Source: a virus (taxonomy: Duplodnaviria; Caudoviricetes). From it: a stretch of DNA of 63,886 nucleotides. This document shows, one piece after another, positions 58,322 to 63,886 of the stretch (positions are counted from its first letter, which is position 1; each line of letters opens with the position of its first letter). The position numbers and the translations under genes are program-made. The notes beneath the pieces were generated by a model. That model did not search any database. It was given only the letters and a program-made list of their open reading frames with translations, and was not told the DNA's origin. The DNA lies in the IMG/VR virus record IMGVR_UViG_3300050120_000442, positions 1-63,886 of that record; one strand, given 5' to 3'.

Positions 58322-58618
58322 GTGCGCGAACTCGTCGTCGAAACTGAAGGCTCAAAGCTTTTCACGTCCACGGGCTGGCGCGTTTACAAGGTCGTCTTTC
58401 CCGGCGTCCGCGGCGCCCCCGATCGGTGGATGCTGAAGTCAGGGATCTGGGCGCTCGTCGAATACAAGAAGTTCGGCGAGAAGCCGGACGCCCAGCAGCA
58501 GAAACGCCACAACGAACTGCGCGGCCAGGGCCAGCGCGTCTGGGTGATCGACAACATCCCCGCCATCTACGCGCTCCATGCGAAGCTGGAAGCCGAGATC
58601 GCAGCGCGTGCTCGATGA
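58322..58618 (+). CDS. VRR-NUC nuclease
   Basis: GAPDR...VEYK..GEKP...Q. Confidence 0.85.
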   Translation: MRELVVETEGSKLFTSTGWRVYKVVFPGVRGAPDRWMLKSGIWALVEYKKFGEKPDAQQQKRHNELRGQGQRVWVIDNIPAIYALHAKLEAEIAARAR

Positions 58619-60440
58619 TCTCATCCGCGTTGCCCTGGAGATCTGGCCGACCGACCTAAGACCAGTCAGGACGTGCTCCTGGGCGCGTGAGGACTTCCGC
58701 GACTATCAGGTGCAGCTCACCGACATGGTCAAGCTGTGCGTCCGGCCCGGCCCAAAGAAGAAACCCGGCATCATTCTGGCCCTGGAGCCGGGCGCCGGGA
58801 AGACGGCGATCGTGCTGACGGCCGCCCGCGATCTGCTCGACGAAGGCACGATCCGCAAGGCGCTCGTCACCGCCCCGCTCCTGGTCGCCAAGACCGTCTG
58901 GTCTGAAGAGATCGGCGAGTGGGAGCACCTGAAGGACACAACCTGGACGCTGATCCGCGCCGAGGACGATGACCCGGAGATCGTGGCGGCAGGGGAGGCG
59001 GCCTACGCCAAGGCCTTCGCCTTCCACTCGACCCTGTTCGAGGCCGAGGTCATGAACGAAGCCCGGCGCAACCCGAGCCAGGCCTCAGCGCGCAACATTG
59101 TCCGCGACCGCTGGGCGCGCGACGCATTCGACATGCTATCCGCCGAGGACCAGGCTCAGCTCAGGCGCCCGCGTTACAAGGGCGATGACCCGCTGCTGAT
59201 GCAGGCGGCGCTCGCGGCTGGCGCCCAGAAGATGCCGAAGGCCACCCCATCCGACCTGGCCAATCTCCACCGCATGGAGGCCGTCGCGACAGCCAAGGAG
59301 ACGCTCCTGCGTCGGCTAGCGGCCGAGCCGACCGAGATCCACATCATCAACAAAGAGGCCCTTCTCTGGCTCTGGAATCACTTCGGCGAAGGTAGCCGCT
59401 GGCCCTACGACATAATCATCGGCGACGACCTGCGCGAGTTCCGATCCGGCAAAGCGCGCTCGGCCGGCGGTGTCGCCGTCACCGCGAAGGGTAAGAAGGC
59501 CGCGGCGCCGCTGTCGCGCTGGGGCGTCCTGGCCGCGGCCCGCAAGCACGTCAAGGCCATGATCGAGTTGACGGGCACGCCGACGCCCAAGGGCCTGCAC
59601 AACCTCTGGGGGGTGGCCTACCTGGTGGACCTCGGCGAGCGCTTGGGCCTGAACCTCGAAGCGTTCATGCGGCGCTACTTCGACGTCAACCAGTACGATC
59701 GCTCGATCGAGCCTCGCGAGCACGCCTTCGCTTCCATTATCGGCAAGCTGAAGGACATCATGTTCAGCTTGGACCCGAAGGCGATCGGTGAGCTGCCTCC
59801 GTTCCTGCCGGTGCCAATCCGCGTCGAGCTGCCGGCCGATGTCCTCCAAGCCTACAAGACCTTCAGGAAGGAGCTGGTCTCCGAGGAATACGACGTCGAG
59901 GCCGTCAACGGCGGGGTCCTGCACGGCAAGCTTCTGCAGTTCGCCAACGGCTCGATGTACCAGGAGGATGGGAACGATATCCACATCCACGACCTTAAGA
60001 TCGAAGCTTTGAAGAACCTGGTGGAGGCCCTCGACGGCACGCCGCTGCTCGTCGCTTACACCTTCCAGTTCGACATCGAGCGAATCATGAAAGCGTTGCC
60101 GAAGGCCGTCCTGTTGACGCCGTCGAACGCGCTCGACTTCACGCGGCGCTGGAACAAGGATGAGATAGCAGTCGGGCTCGTTCACCGCGCATCGGCAGGT
60201 CACGGCCTGAACATGCAGAAGGGGACGGGTCATATGTGTGAGTACGGTCTGACCACAGACGCGGAGCTGTTCTTGCAGTTCAAAAAGCGGATATTGCGGT
60301 CAGGTCGAAAGACGTCGGTGATTAACCACATCATCATCGCCAAGGGCACGATCGACGAAGACGTTTATCCTATGTACCTCAACCCCCGGATAGAGAATCA
60401 GGAGCAAATTCTTGAGGCTCTCCGACTGACTCAGCGTTAA
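58608..60440 (+). CDS. SNF2-like helicase
   Basis: PGAGKT, ELTGTP, KLLQFANG, SAGHGLN.Q; start uncertain. Confidence 0.85.
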   Translation: MLDDLIRVALEIWPTDLRPVRTCSWAREDFRDYQVQLTDMVKLCVRPGPKKKPGIILALEPGAGKTAIVLTAARDLLDEGTIRKALVTAPLLVAKTVWSEEIGEWEHLKDTTWTLIRAEDDDPEIVAAGEAAYAKAFAFHSTLFEAEVMNEARRNPSQASARNIVRDRWARDAFDMLSAEDQAQLRRPRYKGDDPLLMQAALAAGAQKMPKATPSDLANLHRMEAVATAKETLLRRLAAEPTEIHIINKEALLWLWNHFGEGSRWPYDIIIGDDLREFRSGKARSAGGVAVTAKGKKAAAPLSRWGVLAAARKHVKAMIELTGTPTPKGLHNLWGVAYLVDLGERLGLNLEAFMRRYFDVNQYDRSIEPREHAFASIIGKLKDIMFSLDPKAIGELPPFLPVPIRVELPADVLQAYKTFRKELVSEEYDVEAVNGGVLHGKLLQFANGSMYQEDGNDIHIHDLKIEALKNLVEALDGTPLLVAYTFQFDIERIMKALPKAVLLTPSNALDFTRRWNKDEIAVGLVHRASAGHGLNMQKGTGHMCEYGLTTDAELFLQFKKRILRSGRKTSVINHIIIAKGTIDEDVYPMYLNPRIENQEQILEALRLTQR

Positions 60441-60553
60441 CCGTGTCAAGAGAAAAAGTTGATAATGAGTCAATTTTAGGTTGACCAATTGTCGCACCAC
60501 AAATAAACATCTCAACAGAAAGTTGGCTCCCCTCAACTTTATGGAGTGATGAA
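60440..60553 (+). promoter_or_regulatory. Repressor promoter/operator region
   Basis: AT-rich; one-mismatch operators at 60470 and 60512; TTGACC at 60481. Confidence 0.7.
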
Positions 60554-61279
60554 ATGACCACCGAGCCCGAGGTTCCGCCTGCTGCTCGCCTGATCCGTGA
60601 GAACGGAAAGGAAGTCCGTGAGCCCGGCTTCGCCAAGCGTTTGCAACAGGCGATGGACAACAATCCCTACGTGCCAGACATGATGTATGGCCGGATGACC
60701 TGGGTCCGAAAGGAGCTAGAGAGCCGGTTTGGCGTCAAGGTCAGCCTGCAAGGTCTCGGCCGCTGGTATTATGGTGAGACCAAACCAAAGGTTGGAAATC
60801 TGGTTGCCCTGGCCAAGCTCCTGGACGTTGACTCGATCTGGCTGGCGCACGGTATTGAATCCGAGATGACGCCGCGCGAACAGAAAGTCCGTAACGCCCT
60901 GGTCGATGGCGCCGTCAATCTTGTCGCAGGCTTGATCCAGATGAACGGCGGCCACCCCGCCTTCCCCGAGTCTGACGATGAGCGGGCCGAGAAGAGTCGG
61001 ATTGATCTCTACGCGATCATCAAGGGCGCGCAGTACGCCTTCCATGTCTCCACGGCCCAGGAAGTCCCTGGCGCCCAGCGGTTCATCCTGCCAACCAACT
61101 ATATGGAGGCGTTTCAGATGGGTGTCGTGCTGACCGACATGGCCGGCATCACTTTGATCGAGATCACCGAAGACCTGGTCGAGCAGCGCGGCACGAAGAA
61201 GGGTCACGGCTTCGAGGTCATCCTGAACGAAGCGGAGATCGAGGCTGCCAAGATCCACAGCCTTCGCAACCGATTGTAG
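60554..61279 (+). CDS. Immunity repressor candidate (XRE-like HTH, no S24 peptidase domain)
   Basis: FAKRL..AM, VS......W..GE.KP.....LA.LL.V...WL..G; flanked by operators. Confidence 0.75.
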   Translation: MTTEPEVPPAARLIRENGKEVREPGFAKRLQQAMDNNPYVPDMMYGRMTWVRKELESRFGVKVSLQGLGRWYYGETKPKVGNLVALAKLLDVDSIWLAHGIESEMTPREQKVRNALVDGAVNLVAGLIQMNGGHPAFPESDDERAEKSRIDLYAIIKGAQYAFHVSTAQEVPGAQRFILPTNYMEAFQMGVVLTDMAGITLIEITEDLVEQRGTKKGHGFEVILNEAEIEAAKIHSLRNRL

Positions 61280-61286
61280 GAAATAG

Positions 61287-61301
61287 TCAACTTTGGGTTG
61301 A
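61287..61301. promoter_or_regulatory. Operator TCAAC-N5-GTTGA (representative of about 20 copies)
   Basis: TAGTCAAC-TTTGG-GTTGACTA; other perfect copies at 7049, 19697, 29880, 33349, 36951, 41769, 45352, 46624, 48293, 54759, 55660. Confidence 0.85.
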
Positions 61302-61322
61302 CTAAAAGGTTGAGTTTCATCT

Positions 61323-61354
61323 AGGGTCTTCAGAGAAATCTGGAGGCCCTTTTT
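61323..61354 (+). terminator. Rho-independent terminator after the repressor
   Basis: AGGGTCTTCAGA-GAAA-TCTGGAGGCCCT-TTTT. Confidence 0.8.
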
Positions 61355-61355
61355 C

Positions 61356-62228
61356 ATGTCTCTCGCCGACGTCAAGCGCGCCACTTTCCGCCCTAGCGGC
61401 TACCGCACGCTCGGCTATGCCGAGGGCGAAGGACCGAAGGCCGCGCGGTTCGACTACCACGGCTGGAAGGTCTGGATTCCCTACACCGCCCTGGTGTTCG
61501 CCGAGGGCCGCTTCCAAGCCCCGCTCTGGGCCATCGAGTCATCCAAGAATTATCAATCGAAACGTGAGGACATAACCATGACGGAACAACGACGCTTCTT
61601 CCCCATCCAAGTCGGTGACGGGCCGCTGAACACGCGCGCAGCCCAGACCCACCTGAAGAACTGCACCGCCGGCTGGTGGACCGCCCTGAAGGATGTCCCT
61701 GCGATCTCTGCCGGCGACGCCCTGCACGGCAAGCGTAACGTCGGCGAGCTGCTGATGCTCTGTGTGTCCGAGGTCGCCGAGGGTGCCGAGGGTTGGCGCG
61801 AGTCCCTGATGGATGACAAGCTGCCCGATCGGGAAATGATCGAAGTCGAGCTGGCCGATGTGGTGATCCGCGTGCTGGACCTGTCGGGCTCGGCCTCCCT
61901 GGACCTGGACGGCGCGACGCTCGATCTGCAGAACGCCGGGCTTACGGAACATCTCCATGGCCAGAACATGGAGGGCTATCTGCTCCTACTGGTCTGCGAG
62001 TTCGCCGCGGCGATGGAGGGACACCGGAAGTCAGCGCCCGACCGCAAGCTCCCGCAACGTCAGGCCTTCGAGGTCCGCCTTGCCGCCGCGCTCTTGCTTG
62101 TCGGTGAGATCGCCGCTGAGTTTGAACTCGACGTCGAAGGCGCGATCATCGAGAAGGAAGCCTTCAACGCCCAGCGCGAGGACCACAAGCTCGAACAACG
62201 TCGCCTGGCCGGCGGGAAGGCGTACTGA
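61356..62228 (+). CDS. MazG-like NTP pyrophosphohydrolase (tandem domains; alternative start 61578)
   Basis: SEVAEGAEG...EVELADVVIR..DL, a second degenerate copy, then EK..FN..R.DHK. Confidence 0.7.
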   Translation: MSLADVKRATFRPSGYRTLGYAEGEGPKAARFDYHGWKVWIPYTALVFAEGRFQAPLWAIESSKNYQSKREDITMTEQRRFFPIQVGDGPLNTRAAQTHLKNCTAGWWTALKDVPAISAGDALHGKRNVGELLMLCVSEVAEGAEGWRESLMDDKLPDREMIEVELADVVIRVLDLSGSASLDLDGATLDLQNAGLTEHLHGQNMEGYLLLLVCEFAAAMEGHRKSAPDRKLPQRQAFEVRLAAALLLVGEIAAEFELDVEGAIIEKEAFNAQREDHKLEQRRLAGGKAY

Positions 62229-62230
62229 TC

Positions 62231-62452
62231 ATGGAAGACGCTGATTTCCAGGCTGGCGATGTGGTGGTGCTGAAGTCGGGGTCGCCGCCGATGACGGTGG
62301 CGCGGACCTGGGTGGACGACCGCTACGCCGCCAACAGGCAGTACGCCAACTGCGTCTACTACAACCCGGTCCTGGGCAACATCGAGAAGAACCTCAACAT
62401 CTGCGTCGATCTGATCGAAGCGGCCCCACCCGGTCATGTGGTGCTGCGATGA
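62231..62452 (+). CDS. DUF2158/YodC-like protein
   Basis: F..GDVV.LKSG.PPMTV. Confidence 0.75.
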   Translation: MEDADFQAGDVVVLKSGSPPMTVARTWVDDRYAANRQYANCVYYNPVLGNIEKNLNICVDLIEAAPPGHVVLR

Positions 62453-62667
62453 TCCTACCCACCTGGATTCCAAAGGTCGGCCGCCCGTTCAACCCGGATT
62501 ACGCTGAGACCTGGGAAGTCATGGATGACAACGCTAAGCGTTGGTCCTGGCTGTTCGATGCTGCTGTCGTGGTGGTCATGATCGGCGTGCTGCTGGTCTT
62601 CAGCCGATTAAGTCCTCATCATCTTCTGCCAGTCGATCGAGGAAGTCTGCCCACCATTGCATCATGA
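62449..62667 (+). CDS. Small membrane protein overlapping the integrase 3' end
   Basis: ATGA coupling; one TM helix. Confidence 0.45.
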   Translation: MILPTWIPKVGRPFNPDYAETWEVMDDNAKRWSWLFDAAVVVVMIGVLLVFSRLSPHHLLPVDRGSLPTIAS

Positions 62668-63799
62668 TCTTGCGGCCGGGTAGATACTCGGCAGCATTGT
62701 AGGCCTCGCGTACCTGGTTCTTGTCCTTGTGCGCGAGCTGCCGCTCGATCCAGTCGCGGTGAAACCCGTGCTCGTTGAGGACAGTGGACGCCATCCGCCG
62801 GAAGCCATGGCCGGTCATGTCTGTCGTCCCGTAGCCCATCCGCCGCAGCGCCGCGTTGATGGTGTTCTCGCTGATCGGCCGGGTGATCGAGCGCACCGCC
62901 GGGAACAGCAGTTCGCCCGGCGTCATCCCCATCGCCTCCCGGACGACCGCGACGGCCTGGCGCGAGAGCGGGACGAAGTGGGGGAGGGTCATCTTCATCC
63001 GCTCGGCTGACAGCGTCCAGATCCCGGCGTCCAGATCGAACTCCGACTTGGCGGCGAACCGCAGCTCCTTCGACCGCACGAACGTCAGCGCCACAAGCTG
63101 CAGGGCCGACCGCGTCGCGAAGTTGCCATCGTAGCCGCGCAGGGACCTCACCAGCGGCCCGATCCTTTTCGGATCGAGTATGGCGGCGTGGTGGGTGACC
63201 TTGGGTGCCAGGGTGGCTCCCCTGAGCGGCACGGTAGGATCGTGGATCGCCCTGGCCGTGCGAATCGCGAACCGGAACACGGCGCTGCAGGTCGAGCGCA
63301 GGCGAACCGCGCTTTCCAGCCGTCCGGTCTTCTCCACCCGTGCCAGGATCTCCAAAACTTCCGGCGGCATGATGTCGGCGACAGGTCTGTTGCCCAGCAT
63401 CGGGTAGGCCAGGCTCAGAAGCCAGGTGTGCTTCTTGATCGTGCCGGGGGTGGCGCCGTCCGCCGTCCGCCGCAGGAGCCATTCCTCGGCGACGACCTTG
63501 AAGGTGTTCGCTGAGCTGACGGCCGCCGTGATCTTGGCCAGGCGCTTGACGACGGACGGGTCCTGGCCACCGGCCAGTGTCTTGCGAGCAGTCTCGCGCG
63601 CCGCCCGCGCCGCGCCCAGGCCAACCAACGGGTAGGCGCCGAGGGTCAGCTTTTTCTGCTTCCCGCTGAACCGGTAGGCGAGATTCCAGGCCTTCGACCC
63701 GTTGGTCCGCACCAGTAGGTAGAGTCCGAAGGCGTCGCTGAGCTTGTAGTCCTTCGCCCGAGCCTTGGCCGATCGGACCTCTAATTCGGTGAGCGCCAT
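62600..63799 (-). CDS. int: Tyrosine integrase, P4/IntA family
   Basis: Arm-binding N-domain (LT..EVR.AK...KDYKL.D..GLYL), VRS.EL, HGFR..AST.LNE, IE.QLAH, AYN.A.Y; start at ATG 63799. Confidence 0.95.
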   Translation of the reverse strand: MALTELEVRSAKARAKDYKLSDAFGLYLLVRTNGSKAWNLAYRFSGKQKKLTLGAYPLVGLGAARAARETARKTLAGGQDPSVVKRLAKITAAVSSANTFKVVAEEWLLRRTADGATPGTIKKHTWLLSLAYPMLGNRPVADIMPPEVLEILARVEKTGRLESAVRLRSTCSAVFRFAIRTARAIHDPTVPLRGATLAPKVTHHAAILDPKRIGPLVRSLRGYDGNFATRSALQLVALTFVRSKELRFAAKSEFDLDAGIWTLSAERMKMTLPHFVPLSRQAVAVVREAMGMTPGELLFPAVRSITRPISENTINAALRRMGYGTTDMTGHGFRRMASTVLNEHGFHRDWIERQLAHKDKNQVREAYNAAEYLPGRKIMMQWWADFLDRLAEDDEDLIG

Positions 63800-63886
63800 G
63801 TGCCCTCTGTTGGCCTGGAGAGGGTAGCTCTGGCAGAAGGCCACCCGAAAGGCCAACAAAAACGGTGGCTCTATACGGAACTTCAT

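Larger units (their letters stand above)
1..63886. mobile_element. Temperate Chi-like siphophage prophage, apparently complete
   Basis: Full set of packaging, head, tail, lysis, replication, repressor and integrase genes. alpA and int sit at opposite window ends and would be divergent on a circular map, consistent with attP lying between them. att cores are not visible. Confidence 0.9.

Noticed and set aside
33240-61320. Canonical CtrA boxes (TTAA-N7-TTAA) in phage promoters
   Set aside because: I found only isolated TTAA/TTAACC half-sites by eye. The recurrent TCAAC-N5-GTTGA is an inverted repeat unrelated to the CtrA box.
183-62667. D-x-[IV]-G tail explained only as a by-product of SD plus ATGA/TGATG translational coupling
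   Set aside because: This may contribute at 929, 1606, 34895 and 56332. However, the integrase, amino-MTase, SSB and 51238-51726 tails have no coupled downstream start, codons vary, and internal copies exist.
63800-63886. N-terminal extension of the integrase in the ORF track
   Set aside because: The family-typical start is MALTELEVR at 63799 with a GAGGG SD; the extension is probably att-proximal noncoding DNA.
1-63886. attL/attR direct repeats or a target tRNA
   Set aside because: No matching repeat or tRNA is visible at the window ends; they probably lie just outside.

Overview
The window is an apparently complete, GC-rich temperate siphophage (prophage) of an alphaproteobacterial host. 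Close CtrA and GapR homologues point to Caulobacteraceae. The gene order resembles Chi-like (Casjensviridae-type) phages, opened between alpA (left end) and a P4-type integrase (right end). Layout: AlpA, TerS, C5-MTase, TerL, lambda-type head, long tail with a frameshifted chaperone and a peptidase-bearing tape measure, fibres and lysis (1-33 kb); a leftward accessory arm with an amino-MTase, CtrA, GapR, a DUF853 ATPase, small early genes and a toxin-antitoxin pair (33-47.6 kb); a candidate cos region (47.6-48.3 kb); primase, replication genes, family-B polymerase, helicase, repressor, MazG-like gene and integrase (48.3-63.8 kb). Main unexplained signals: (1) ten unrelated proteins end in the same acidic tag, D-x-[I/V]-G-stop, with internal copies in primase and TerS; (2) the phage CtrA carries D51N and other phospho-site losses but keeps the C-terminal AA degron, in an operon with GapR; (3) the palindrome TCAAC-N5-GTTGA occurs in 12 perfect and at least 8 one-mismatch copies, some inside genes; (4) a second palindrome is shared by the TA promoter and two early promoters. 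All family assignments come from motif recognition by eye, not database searches.
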